NCBI GenBank assembly: GCA_045636445.1
Contig: JAZTXO010000124.1
Span: 15,941-79,940, forward strand
Reading direction: 5' to 3'
DNA length: 64,000 nt
DNA from: Eubacteriales bacterium
Lineage (GTDB): Bacteria > Bacillota > Clostridia > Oscillospirales > CAG-272
In this document: positions 28,521 through 37,584 of the stretch, piece by piece
Position numbering within the stretch: the first letter of the stretch is position 1
Layout: every line of letters begins with the position of its first letter
Translations under genes and position numbers: made by a program
The notes under the pieces: model-generated
What the model was told of the DNA's origin: nothing
Databases searched by the model: none
What the model saw: only the letters and a program-made list of their open reading frames with translations

Positions 28521-29587
28521 GCGGAAGCAACCCCTCCCTTCATAAACATTACAATTTCAATTATATACACTAAAAGCGACAGAGCGTAGAGGGCAATCAT
28601 AGCGTCCATTGAGCCTTTAAAGGAATTAAGCATTCCCGAGGCTCTTCCTCTGCCGCAAAAATCCGCAAAAGAGGAAACTGCCGCAATACAAAAGCGGTAT
28701 GAAAGCAGCATAATTAAAGGTGAAAGAGCCATAATACCAAGTGTCCATATTGCCCCTACTCCCACAACGCCCTTTGCGTAAGCCAGTCCTGCTACAATAG
28801 TTGAAAGAGCGCCCGAAACCGAGCTTCCCACAACCGGAATAAGTCCCGAAGCCGCATATCTTGCCGCTCGCATAGCCGCATTGTCGGCAGCCGAGGCAAC
28901 TATCGTTTGAAGGGCAAAAACAGCGCTTAATACAGAACAGACCGCGCCGATAAAGAACAAAAAGAATTTCTTTATTCCCAAGCTTAAGCGAAGCGCCGAC
29001 TCGTCACCGAATGAGGATATAAGAGCCATAGCTAAAGAAAGTCCAACCACCGAAATGAAAATTCCGCACCCCTCGCCGCCGAGAAGCCAAAGGGTTAAGG
29101 TCATTCCCGAATTTTGCGCCAGCGAGCTGCCGGAGCTGCCCGAAGCCAGGCTAATTCCCGTCATTATAGGTACTGCTGCCGAAAAGAAGTCTGAAATTTC
29201 CGAAAGGCTGTCTGCTATCTCAACAAAAAGTCCGCCGATTTTCGAAAATACAAGAAGTGTGCAGGCAACGCTGACCGAGGTTTCGCAAACCCTTGATATT
29301 TCCCCCTCGCCCATTCCCGCAAGTGAGGAAAGAAGCACACAGCCCAAAAGTATAAGAAGGAAGGAAAATATCTCTCCCTTTTTGTCTGTCACAGAGGCAA
29401 AAATCTCGGAAAGAAGAGCATCAACACCGAGAGAGGAAAGAAGCTCGTCCCCCTCGGAAATTTCCACCTCTCCGGGAAGTATATCCTCAAACTCCTCTAT
29501 GTACTCTTCGGCTTCTTTGCCGTAGGTTGGCAGGGTAAATATGGCGATTATGCCAACTATTATTAACATTTTGACTAGTTTTCTCAT
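28517..29587 (-). CDS. spoIIIAE: Stage III sporulation protein AE
   Basis: 356 aa with a signal peptide and a polytopic membrane domain. ATGA overlaps occur on both sides. Confidence 0.8.
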   Translation of the reverse strand: MRKLVKMLIIVGIIAIFTLPTYGKEAEEYIEEFEDILPGEVEISEGDELLSSLGVDALLSEIFASVTDKKGEIFSFLLILLGCVLLSSLAGMGEGEISRVCETSVSVACTLLVFSKIGGLFVEIADSLSEISDFFSAAVPIMTGISLASGSSGSSLAQNSGMTLTLWLLGGEGCGIFISVVGLSLAMALISSFGDESALRLSLGIKKFFLFFIGAVCSVLSAVFALQTIVASAADNAAMRAARYAASGLIPVVGSSVSGALSTIVAGLAYAKGVVGVGAIWTLGIMALSPLIMLLSYRFCIAAVSSFADFCGRGRASGMLNSFKGSMDAMIALYALSLLVYIIEIVMFMKGGVASA

Positions 29588-29961
29588 TTTATCAGCGATA
29601 TTCCAAGATTTAGTATATCGTTAAAATACGGCAGGACAATAAGAAGTATTTCTATTTTTCCGAAAGACACAAGGGCCTTTGAAACAAAGCTTTCGCCAAG
29701 CTCTGCCGCCATATCCGAGCAAATTCCGAAAAGGTAACCTGCGCCTATGACCTTTGCAGCCGATGCGGCTATTTCGCCTATTCCCGCCCCCTTGGCAAAA
29801 CCGATATATTCACCGAAAAGCTTGTCTATATCCTGAGCCAAGGCGGCAAAAAGCACCGCCACACAAATCAGGGAAACCGTCTTTTTGCCCTTAAAGCCTA
29901 CCTCCGAGAGAAGAGCCAGGCAAAAGAGCATTATCATAGCCGAGCCGATAAGCTTTATCAT
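29584..29961 (-). CDS. spoIIIAD: Stage III sporulation protein AD
   Basis: 125-aa membrane protein in the canonical operon position. Confidence 0.75.
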   Translation of the reverse strand: MIKLIGSAMIMLFCLALLSEVGFKGKKTVSLICVAVLFAALAQDIDKLFGEYIGFAKGAGIGEIAASAAKVIGAGYLFGICSDMAAELGESFVSKALVSFGKIEILLIVLPYFNDILNLGISLIK

Positions 29962-30152
29962 AAGGAAAATACGTCCCTTAAAATTTTTATAACCTCTCCG
30001 ATACGCTGGGCAAGTAGCATAAAAATCACCACCATTCCCACAAGAGACACCATAGTGGACTGCTCGTCACGCCCCGCCTTTGAGAGTATTTGACAGACGA
30101 CCGCAATTATCATTCCGACTCCTGCCGCCTTAAGTACAAGCTCTATTTCCAT
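29958..30152 (-). CDS. spoIIIAC: Stage III sporulation protein AC
   Basis: The internal ATG at 30152 gives a 64-aa product, MEIELVLKAAGVGMIIAVVCQILSKAGRDEQ, typical of SpoIIIAC. Confidence 0.75.
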   Translation of the reverse strand: MEIELVLKAAGVGMIIAVVCQILSKAGRDEQSTMVSLVGMVVIFMLLAQRIGEVIKILRDVFSL

Positions 30153-30163
30153 AAAATCCCCTA

Positions 30164-30655
30164 TTATATAATCAAAATTATAATGCCGAGGGCAAAGGAT
30201 ACGGCAAGAATACCTGCGATTTTCAAGTCTTTTTCGCTTTCGGTCTTTTCTTTTGCAAGACATTTTTCAAGAGAGGAAATTCCTCGGTCAAGCTCTTTAA
30301 GAGTTCCCTCTCTGTAATCTCTTCCAAAGCCTAAAAAGAAGCTATGAAGAATTTCCTTTACCTCGGTGGGCAGACCAAGTTTTTCTTCTATTTCAAAATA
30401 AGCTTCCCCGACACCCCTTTTCACTGCTCTTTCAAGATAGCCGCACTTTTCGAGAAAATCCTCTCTGAAATCGCAAAGGAGTCTGTCCGGCGGAGTAAGA
30501 TAGCAGTCGATTTGCCTGCGGATATGAGAAAGAAGAGACAGAAATCCTTGGCAAAGGCCGTATCTTTGTTCAAGCTGCTTTTTGTATTCCTTAAAAAAAG
30601 CGATAGCCGAGGCGGCAATAAGTCCCATTCCGAAAAACCTTAAAAGAGTTGTCAT
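30164..30655 (-). CDS. spoIIIAB: Stage III sporulation protein AB
   Basis: 163 aa with TM segments at both ends (GspF-like). ATGA overlap with the AA gene. Confidence 0.75.
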   Translation of the reverse strand: MTTLLRFFGMGLIAASAIAFFKEYKKQLEQRYGLCQGFLSLLSHIRRQIDCYLTPPDRLLCDFREDFLEKCGYLERAVKRGVGEAYFEIEEKLGLPTEVKEILHSFFLGFGRDYREGTLKELDRGISSLEKCLAKEKTESEKDLKIAGILAVSFALGIIILII

Positions 30656-31539
30656 ATCCTGATTACCTCAAGCCTACGCCTGCCGTTTTCCAAAACTATT
30701 CCCGCTGCAACGTCAAACGCACCTGCGTCAAAGAGAGGCTTTAGGCTCGGCTTTGAAAAAAGCTCGTCCGAGGTAGAGGCGTGGGCGCTTGCCGCAATCC
30801 TTACGCCGCATCTTGCGGCAAGAGCTAAATTTGCAGCCTCTTCACCGCCTATTTCGTCGATTATTACCGCATCTGGCGAAAGCGTTCTTGTTGCGATTTC
30901 AATACCGATATGCTTTTTGTAGCCTTTCAGCAGGTCGATTTCGCAATCGGAAAAGTCCTCGCAGGAGAACTCTTCCCTCTCGTCTATTACACAGACTCTC
31001 AAAGGATTGTCTCCGCCGCCAAGAGAGCGTGAGAGCGACCGCAAAGCAGAGGTCTTTCCGCCGCCGGGCGGCGCGTAAACAAGCAATCCGCGCCTTGCAA
31101 GTCGAAAAGCCGAAAGCAACTCTTCCGAAAGTTCGCATTGTTTTGTCGGAAGCCTGAAAACGAGAGAGCTTATTTCCTCGATTCCAACAGTTCCTCCGCC
31201 CTCGTATCTTGCCGAGCCGACAACGCCGACTCTTATTCCGTCGGTATAGGGAATATAGCCTTTCGAAATGCAATCTCTGTATGCGTAGATAGCGCCTGAG
31301 CAAAGTCTTTTTACCGTTTCTTCCATTTCCTCACGGCTGATTTTGTAGGAAAGACCGACTCCTCTGCCGCCAAGTCTTAGCGAGCATCGCCCGAAGGCTC
31401 TGAGCCTTATTTCGCTAATATCCGACGCAGCTCCCGACCGTTTGAGGCAAAGAGCCGAGATTTCTTCTTCAAGTCCCCTTGGCAAGAGTCGCAGGGCTTT
31501 TTTCAGCCTTTGCTCTGCATTTTTTGCTATCATAGACAT
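30652..31539 (-). CDS. spoIIIAA: Stage III sporulation protein AA (secretion-type ATPase)
   Basis: Walker A is PPGGGKTS. It is the first gene of the eight-gene operon. Confidence 0.85.
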   Translation of the reverse strand: MSMIAKNAEQRLKKALRLLPRGLEEEISALCLKRSGAASDISEIRLRAFGRCSLRLGGRGVGLSYKISREEMEETVKRLCSGAIYAYRDCISKGYIPYTDGIRVGVVGSARYEGGGTVGIEEISSLVFRLPTKQCELSEELLSAFRLARRGLLVYAPPGGGKTSALRSLSRSLGGGDNPLRVCVIDEREEFSCEDFSDCEIDLLKGYKKHIGIEIATRTLSPDAVIIDEIGGEEAANLALAARCGVRIAASAHASTSDELFSKPSLKPLFDAGAFDVAAGIVLENGRRRLEVIRI

Positions 31540-31606
31540 CCCTCTTTTTTGTTAATTTACATTTCACATCTGTTTGTTTAACAACTCAAAATAAATATTT
31601 TTTCTA

Positions 31607-31635
31607 TTGACAACCGGGTTTCTTTGTGCTAAAAT
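31607..31635 (+). promoter_or_regulatory. Sigma-A promoter for abrB
   Basis: TTGACA (31607-31612), 17 nt, then TGCTAAAAT (-10 at 31630-31635). Confidence 0.65.
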
Positions 31636-31695
31636 GTAGTTAATTTTTCGTCAGGAAACGGCGAAAAACACAAAACGCATGAAAGGTCGAGTACA

Positions 31696-31938
31696 ATGAA
31701 ATCCACCGGCATTATAAGAAACGTTGACGAACTTGGGCGTATTGTTGTTCCCAAAGAAATTCGTAAAAAACTTGGTATCGAAAACACCGATCCTGTTGAA
31801 ATATATGTTGAAGGCGACAGAATAATTCTCACAAAGTATAACTCTGCCTGCCACTTTTGCGGCAGCTCCGAGGATGTTTGCGACTTTAAGTCTAAGAAAA
31901 TTTGCGCAGCCTGCATTAACTCCCTTAAAGAACTTTGA
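31696..31938 (+). CDS. abrB: AbrB-family transition-state regulator (SpoVT/AbrB looped-hinge helix)
   Basis: MKSTGIIRNVDELGRIVVPKEIRKKLGI is the classic AbrB N-domain. The C-terminus carries CHFC...CAAC. Confidence 0.85.
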   Translation: MKSTGIIRNVDELGRIVVPKEIRKKLGIENTDPVEIYVEGDRIILTKYNSACHFCGSSEDVCDFKSKKICAACINSLKEL

Positions 31939-31948
31939 CAATAGGTTT

Positions 31949-31985
31949 TCCGCAGAGCCTTTTAGGCTTCTGCGGATTTTTTTGT
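31949..31985 (+). terminator. abrB terminator
   Basis: The stem TCCGCAGA / TCTGCGGA is followed by a T-run. Confidence 0.7.
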
Positions 31986-32005
31986 TGTAAAAATAAACAA
32001 TTCTC

Positions 32006-32034
32006 TTGATTTTCAATTTGTCTTATGATACAAT
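32006..32034 (+). promoter_or_regulatory. Sigma-A promoter for kdgK
   Basis: TTGATT, 17 nt, then TGATACAAT. Confidence 0.55.
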
Positions 32035-32079
32035 GTATGCGATAGGAAAATAAATTTATAACCTGAAAGGAAAAATAAA

Positions 32080-33105
32080 ATGAAAGTTGTAACTTTTGGT
32101 GAGCTTATGCTCAGACTTCAGCCCTACAATTACGAGAGATTCGTTCAGTGCGACCACGTTGAATTCACCTTCGGCGGCGGCGAGGCTAACGTTGCTGTTT
32201 CTCTTGCTAACTACGGTATGGACGCTGCATACGTTACCAAACTTCCTGCTCACGCAATCGGTCAGGCGGCTGTTAACTCTCTTCGCAGATATGGCGTTGA
32301 CACTACCAAGATCGTTCGCGGCGGCGACAGAGTTGGTATCTACTTTAACGAGAAGGGCGCTTCTCAGAGAGGATCTGTTTGCATTTACGACAGAGCTAAT
32401 TCTGCAATTGCAAAGGCTTCCAGAGAGGACTTCGATTGGGACGCTATCTTCGAGGGCGCTGACTGGTTCCACTTCACCGGTATCACTCCCGCGCTTGGCG
32501 CAAACGTTGTTGAAATCTGCCGCGATGCTTGTAAGGCTGCAAAGGCAAAGGGCATTAAGATTTCCTGCGACTTAAATTACAGAGGTAAGCTTTGGACCAG
32601 AGACCAGGCAAGAGAAGCTATGACCGACCTTTGCCAGTACGTTGACGTTTGTATCTCCAACGAGGAGGACGCAAAGGACGTATTCGGTATCGAGGCTGAA
32701 GCTACCGACATTTACGGCGGTAAGCTTAACCACGAGGGTTACAAGTCTGTTGCTAAACAGCTTGCTGACAAGTTCAATTTCGAGTACGTTGCTATCACTC
32801 TTCGTGAGAGCCGCTCGGCATTCGATAACGGCTGGTCTGCAATGCTCTACAACGTTAAGGCTGACGAATACTGCTTCTCCAAGAAGTACGACCTCCACAT
32901 CATCGACAGAGTTGGTGGCGGTGACTCCTTCGGCGGCGGTCTTATCTACTCTCTTATGAATGGCAAGACCACCCAGGGCGCAGTTGAGTTCGCAGTTGCA
33001 GCATCTGCTCTTAAGCACTCTATCGAGGGTGACTACAATATGGTTACTCTTGCAGAGGTTGAAAAGCTCGCAGGCGGCGACGGTTCGGGCAGAATCCAGA
33101 GATAA
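32080..33105 (+). CDS. kdgK: 2-dehydro-3-deoxygluconokinase (PfkB family)
   Basis: MKVVTFGELMLRLQP ... GGGEANVAVSLA ... DRVGGGDSFGGG matches the KdgK pattern along its whole length. Confidence 0.85.
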   Translation: MKVVTFGELMLRLQPYNYERFVQCDHVEFTFGGGEANVAVSLANYGMDAAYVTKLPAHAIGQAAVNSLRRYGVDTTKIVRGGDRVGIYFNEKGASQRGSVCIYDRANSAIAKASREDFDWDAIFEGADWFHFTGITPALGANVVEICRDACKAAKAKGIKISCDLNYRGKLWTRDQAREAMTDLCQYVDVCISNEEDAKDVFGIEAEATDIYGGKLNHEGYKSVAKQLADKFNFEYVAITLRESRSAFDNGWSAMLYNVKADEYCFSKKYDLHIIDRVGGGDSFGGGLIYSLMNGKTTQGAVEFAVAASALKHSIEGDYNMVTLAEVEKLAGGDGSGRIQR

Positions 33106-33365
33106 AAGAACGAGGGGAATGCAAAACCTTTTTGCAAAAAGGTTTCACTCTTCAAAAAAAATCTCAAAAAAGTTTTAAGAGAGGTCGATTATTCGGCCTC
33201 TCTTTTTTGTGAGCTTCATCCTCTCCACCACCGCAAAGCGGCGTTCCCCCGTCTCGCCTCGACTCGGTCACAGAACGGCTCTGACTATTAACGTCATTCA
33301 CTACCGTTCTGCCACATCGCCACCCCTATCTTGGGGAAGGCTACAAAGGGCATCGCTCCAACAAC

Positions 33366-33394
33366 TTGACAAAATTTAAGCAAAGTGATATAAT
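33366..33394 (+). promoter_or_regulatory. Sigma-A promoter
   Basis: TTGACA, 17 nt, then TGATATAAT (consensus extended -10). Confidence 0.65.
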
Positions 33395-33423
33395 TCATAT
33401 ATAAATTAAAAGGAGAGTTTTTA

Positions 33424-33918
33424 ATGAAAAAGCTTTATACCGTAACAGTTGTGTTCGTTCTTGTTTTGCTCATAGTTGTTGTCCTTGCAGGGGCGGCTCT
33501 TTTCGGCTTTTATCAGCTTTATCTAAAACCCCAGCCTGCCGATTTCGAATTTTCGCAGACTGTTGACGATAGCACAATAGTTGAAATAATTCAGGTTAAA
33601 AAGGTTTCGGACACCGAGCTTTCGCTTATTCCTCTTCAAGAGATAAAGAACACCGACGAATTTTTCGAAGACTTCAACAGCCTTGAATGTACTTCGGGTG
33701 TTTCTATTGAGGCGCTATCTACCTTTGCAAATCTTGATTCTCTTGACGCAATTAAAATTACATACGCTGACGGTAATTTTGACGTTATTACCCCCTACGG
33801 AAACATCGATTCCACCGTATTCACCCCCGATATTACTCTTGAAACGCTCATGAATGAGAAATATTTCTTCTTCGACCCCACAGAATTCGGAGCGCTTATT
33901 GATAAATATACGGAGTGA
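33424..33918 (+). CDS. Hypothetical membrane-anchored protein
   Basis: It has an AAAGGAG site and an N-terminal TM (VTVVFVLVLLIVVVLAGAALFGF). I recognise no family. Confidence 0.6.
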   Translation: MKKLYTVTVVFVLVLLIVVVLAGAALFGFYQLYLKPQPADFEFSQTVDDSTIVEIIQVKKVSDTELSLIPLQEIKNTDEFFEDFNSLECTSGVSIEALSTFANLDSLDAIKITYADGNFDVITPYGNIDSTVFTPDITLETLMNEKYFFFDPTEFGALIDKYTE

Positions 33919-33960
33919 TAAGCAGAATTTTTATATAAAAAACGAAGAACAAAATATAAC

Positions 33961-33993
33961 AAAAAAGTGCGGAAATCAAATCCGCACTTTTTA
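33961..33993. terminator. Bidirectional terminator
   Basis: The stem agtgcgga / tccgcact is flanked by A- and T-runs. Confidence 0.7.
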
Positions 33994-34618
33994 TATTTCC
34001 TTTTCTATCCACGCCATAAGGAGATTAACAATTCTCTCCTGCTGACTTTCCGTAAGAGCTTTTCCCTGCTTCACGTTATACCACTTTTCAAGGCAACCCC
34101 GACAACAGCAGGCACAAGCGTGCTGGGCAACGAATACGGGGTGGCCTCGCATCGGAGTTTGTCTGCCGTCGTTTGGTATTTCGGCAGGGGCAAGACGCTC
34201 TTTTACAAAGTCGGTTGCGTGGCGTCTTATGGTTTCTCTGCCCTTTTCGTTATAGTATGCCTTTTCTTTATGGTTAGCCGTAAGATAATCGAACTCATAA
34301 GGTTTTGAAAGATAGATTTCTCCCTATCCGTCACCGAATTTTTCTTAAATATCCGCATATTTCTCAAAAAATTTGGTTTGTCTATGAAAAAATCTATTCT
34401 TTCAAAACTGCTTCGCATCTTACGGTGAATAAATTTTTGATGGATTTTGATGCGACAAGTCGCAGTCAAGTGCGGACTTTACAAGGCTTGACGCATCGAA
34501 AGCCGCTAAAAGGTATCACCGTAAGACTTGTTAGTTCGATTATCTTACGGCTAAGGTGAAATTTTGCTCTGAAGCTTGACTTTTTGAGCCTGGAGAGAGT
34601 TTCGTCAATAGTTGGCAT
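33991..34618 (-). pseudogene. DUF4186-family gene split by a 275-bp insertion
   Basis: The 5' part (ATG at 34618, TAATG overlap with the metH stop) reads MPTIDETLSRLKKSSFRAKFHL, then runs into the insert and stops. The 3' part reads ...KEKAYYNEKGRETIRRHATDF...GHPVFVAQHACACCCRGCLEKW...WIEKEI*. Removing 34277-34551 plus one TA restores one 116-aa ORF (351 nt). Confidence 0.85.
34277..34551. mobile_element. MITE-like non-autonomous element, 19-bp perfect TIRs, TA target duplication
   Basis: The TIRs are gccgtaagataatcgaact (34277-34295) and its exact reverse complement (34533-34551). TA flanks the element at 34275-34276 and 34552-34553. It contains no ORF. Confidence 0.8.
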
Positions 34619-37014
34619 TACCCAAAAAGCTCCTCTGCATAGCGTACTGCTTCCATAGCGTCGGCAGCATACTTATCCGCGCCTATTTTCTTCGCATATT
34701 CCTCGGTTATAACAGCGCCGCCGACTATTACCTTTACCCGCGGAAGCTCCTTTTTAAGAAGAGCGACGCTTTGCGCCATTGCGGGAGCGGTGGTGGTCAT
34801 AAGGGCCGAAAGTCCAACCAAAGGAGCTGCCGTTTCCTTTGCCGCAGAAAGAATAGCTTCGGGAGAAACGTCTCTTCCGAGGTCAAGCACACGGTAGCCG
34901 TAATTTTCAAGCAGAAGCTTTACGATATTTTTGCCTATATCGTGAATATCTCCCTTTACGGTAGCAATAACAACGGTAGACTTTTTGACCTCTTCACCGC
35001 TATTTGCCATAAATTCCTTAACGCTCTCGAATGCCGCAGCCGCAGCCTCGGCGCTCATAAGAAGTCCGGGGAGATATACCGTCTTTTTCTCAAATCCCTC
35101 GCCTTGAAGATTAAGGGCGGGGATTATTTCATTATTTACTATATCAAGGGGAGCGACGCTGCAAAGCATTTCCTTTGTCAAGGCTGCCGCTTTTTCTTTA
35201 AATCCCTTGATTATTGCATACTGAAGAGACGAGGAATATTTTTCTTCCGCTTTGCTTGGGATTTGTGACGAAGCCGCCTGAGAGGTGGCAAATTCCTCTA
35301 TATGAGAAATATAATTTGCGCAGTTTTCGTCAAGAGCCATAAGGGCAAGATAGCTGTAATAAACCTTCATCATATCTGCCGAATAGGGGTTCATTATAGC
35401 AGCCGAAAGTCCTCTCGCAAGAGCAAGAGAGAAGAATGTTGAGTTTACCGCATCTCTTGCAGGGAGTCCGAATGAAACGTTTGAAACTCCGAGAGAGGTG
35501 TGACAGCCGAGATTTTTGCGAATATGCTCCATAGCCGAAAGAGTTACCTTTGCGGCATCTGCTTCGGCGCTTACGGTCATTGCAAGGGTGTCGAAAATTA
35601 TGTCCTTTTTCTTTATTCCGTAGGATGCGGCGGTTTTGATTATTTTTTCGGCAATTTTTATTCTTCCCGAAGCGTCTTTCGGTATTCCCGACTCGTCAAG
35701 GGTAAGGGCAACCACAACTCCGCCGTATTTTTTCACCAGCGGAAAAACAGCCGCCATACTTTCCTCTTTGCCGTTTACCGAATTTATCATAGCCTTTCCG
35801 TTGTAAAGACGAAGAGCCGCTTCCATAGCCGAATAATCCGAGGTATCAATCTGCAAGGGCAGGTCACTCACCCCTTGAAGCTCTTTTACCGCCAGAGTAA
35901 GCATTTCCCTCTCGTCGATTTCGGGCATTCCAACGTTGACGTCGAGAATATGTACGCCCTTTGCTTCCTGGTTTGCTCCCTCGGTGAGTATATAGTTTAT
36001 ATCCCTTTCAAGAAGTGCTTGTTTGAAGCGTTTTTTGCCGGTAGGATTTATTCTTTCGCCAATAAGTACGGGGGAATTACCAAACGCTACCGCGTGAGTG
36101 TAGGAAGAAACTGCGGTAATGTTTTTCTCGGTTATTTTTTTGGGTGTAATGCCCTTGATTTTTTTTGAAAGAGCCGCAATATATTCCGGAGTTGTGCCGC
36201 AACAGCCGCCAACGACTCTGACGCCCAGGGGCAAAAGCTCGACAACCTCGTCGGCAAATTCCTCGGGGCTAACGTTATACACCGCCTCGCCGTTTTTAAT
36301 TTCGGGAAGTCCTGCGTTAGGCTTTAAGACAATGGGGGTTGAAGAGACTTCGGAAATCCTCTTGATTATATCTCGAAGCTGATTTGGCCCGAGAGAGCAG
36401 TTTGCTCCGATAGCGTCAGCTCCCATACCCTCAAGCAAAGCCGTCATAGCTATGCCGTCAGCTCCCGTCATAAGCTTTCCGTCATCACCGTAGGCATTGG
36501 TTACGATTACGGGAAGGGTAGAATTTTCCTTTACAGCAAGAAGCGCCGCCTTTGTTTCATAGGAGTCGTTCATCGTTTCGACAGCAACAAGGTCGGCTCC
36601 GTATTTTACGCCTAACCTTACGGTTTTGGCAAAAATCTCCACCGCAGACTCGAAATCCAAGTCCCCGAGAGGTCGAAGAAGTCTGCCCAGAGGGCCTATA
36701 TCAAGAGCCACGAACATAGGGCGGTTGGAATTTACCTCTTCCCTTGCCCCTTTTGCGTTTTCTATGGCGCACTTGACGATTTCCTCAAGCTCCTCTTCCG
36801 AAAATTTCAGAGAATTAGCGCCAAAGGTATTTGCGTAAACAACGTCAGAGCCTGCTTCAAAATAGGCTCTGTGAACGCTTTTCACTTCCTCTTTATGAGT
36901 TATATTCCAATATTCGGGAAGCTCTCCGGGCATAAGTCCCTTTTTCTGCAAAAGAGTGCCCATACCACCGTCAAGCAGAATGATATTTCCGTCTAAAAAC
37001 TCTCTGAAATCCAT
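34618..37014 (-). CDS. metH: Cobalamin-dependent methionine synthase (Hcy-, pterin- and B12-binding domains; no activation domain)
   Basis: The ATG at 37014 follows GGAG. A homocysteine S-methyltransferase N-terminus, a pterin-binding domain and GDIHDIGKN (the B12-binding DxHxxG) are present. Confidence 0.9.
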   Translation of the reverse strand: MDFREFLDGNIILLDGGMGTLLQKKGLMPGELPEYWNITHKEEVKSVHRAYFEAGSDVVYANTFGANSLKFSEEELEEIVKCAIENAKGAREEVNSNRPMFVALDIGPLGRLLRPLGDLDFESAVEIFAKTVRLGVKYGADLVAVETMNDSYETKAALLAVKENSTLPVIVTNAYGDDGKLMTGADGIAMTALLEGMGADAIGANCSLGPNQLRDIIKRISEVSSTPIVLKPNAGLPEIKNGEAVYNVSPEEFADEVVELLPLGVRVVGGCCGTTPEYIAALSKKIKGITPKKITEKNITAVSSYTHAVAFGNSPVLIGERINPTGKKRFKQALLERDINYILTEGANQEAKGVHILDVNVGMPEIDEREMLTLAVKELQGVSDLPLQIDTSDYSAMEAALRLYNGKAMINSVNGKEESMAAVFPLVKKYGGVVVALTLDESGIPKDASGRIKIAEKIIKTAASYGIKKKDIIFDTLAMTVSAEADAAKVTLSAMEHIRKNLGCHTSLGVSNVSFGLPARDAVNSTFFSLALARGLSAAIMNPYSADMMKVYYSYLALMALDENCANYISHIEEFATSQAASSQIPSKAEEKYSSSLQYAIIKGFKEKAAALTKEMLCSVAPLDIVNNEIIPALNLQGEGFEKKTVYLPGLLMSAEAAAAAFESVKEFMANSGEEVKKSTVVIATVKGDIHDIGKNIVKLLLENYGYRVLDLGRDVSPEAILSAAKETAAPLVGLSALMTTTAPAMAQSVALLKKELPRVKVIVGGAVITEEYAKKIGADKYAADAMEAVRYAEELFG

Positions 37015-37029
37015 TTTTTTCTCCAAAAA

Positions 37030-37584
37030 TCAATCTATACCCACGAATGCGGTAACCGACTTTGTGGGCGACATTAAAAGGCTTTCGTTTAAGGTGACTC
37101 CGATTCTTTTTTCAGGCTCAAGGAGCGAAAAAATCTCCCTTTGAAGCTCCAGGGGCAGGTCTCCGTAACCCGGACTGAATCTCGGGCGGAGCTTTACTCG
37201 GTACTCCTCTTTGTACCAATCAAGGAAGGCATCGCAAAGCGCCTCTACCCGCTCCGAGCCGACAGCGGACAAAACCACCGCCTTTGACGGCGAGAGCCTT
37301 GAATATTTCAGCGCCTCTCGGTCGAATACAGCACCTACGGTAGCGCAAAAGAGAAGCGCCCTTTTGCAACCCGAAAGGTTTTTCCTAAGTCCTAATGAGT
37401 CAGCAAAAATACTGCCGATTTTTATTCTCTCCCCCTCTTCCGATAAGGGAAGCTCCGCAAAGCAAACTGCGGGTTTTACACAAACCTCAAAATCAAGCGG
37501 GAAACACTCTCCCCCTGCATATCTTGCAACCTCTTTTTCGGATATAGGCGGCAAGGCCAGGTCTTTTTTTACTCCTACCGTCAT
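37030..37584 (-). CDS. Stand-alone methionine synthase activation (AdoMet-binding) domain protein
   Basis: 184 aa. RPRFSPGYGDLPL and LNESLLMSPTKSVTAFVG match the MetH C-terminal module. ATGA overlap with metF. Confidence 0.75.
   Translation of the reverse strand: MTVGVKKDLALPPISEKEVARYAGGECFPLDFEVCVKPAVCFAELPLSEEGERIKIGSIFADSLGLRKNLSGCKRALLFCATVGAVFDREALKYSRLSPSKAVVLSAVGSERVEALCDAFLDWYKEEYRVKLRPRFSPGYGDLPLELQREIFSLLEPEKRIGVTLNESLLMSPTKSVTAFVGID

Noticed and set aside
34277-34551. Intragenic inverton (invertible segment between 19-22-bp inverted repeats inside the DUF4186 gene)
   Set aside because: In-silico inversion still hits a stop after 4 codons (HLSRKIIELIRF-stop). Precise excision with one TA restores a full 116-aa ORF. 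A TA-duplicating MITE insertion explains the structure better.
34612-35268. 218-aa plus-strand ORF
   Set aside because: It is antisense to metH.
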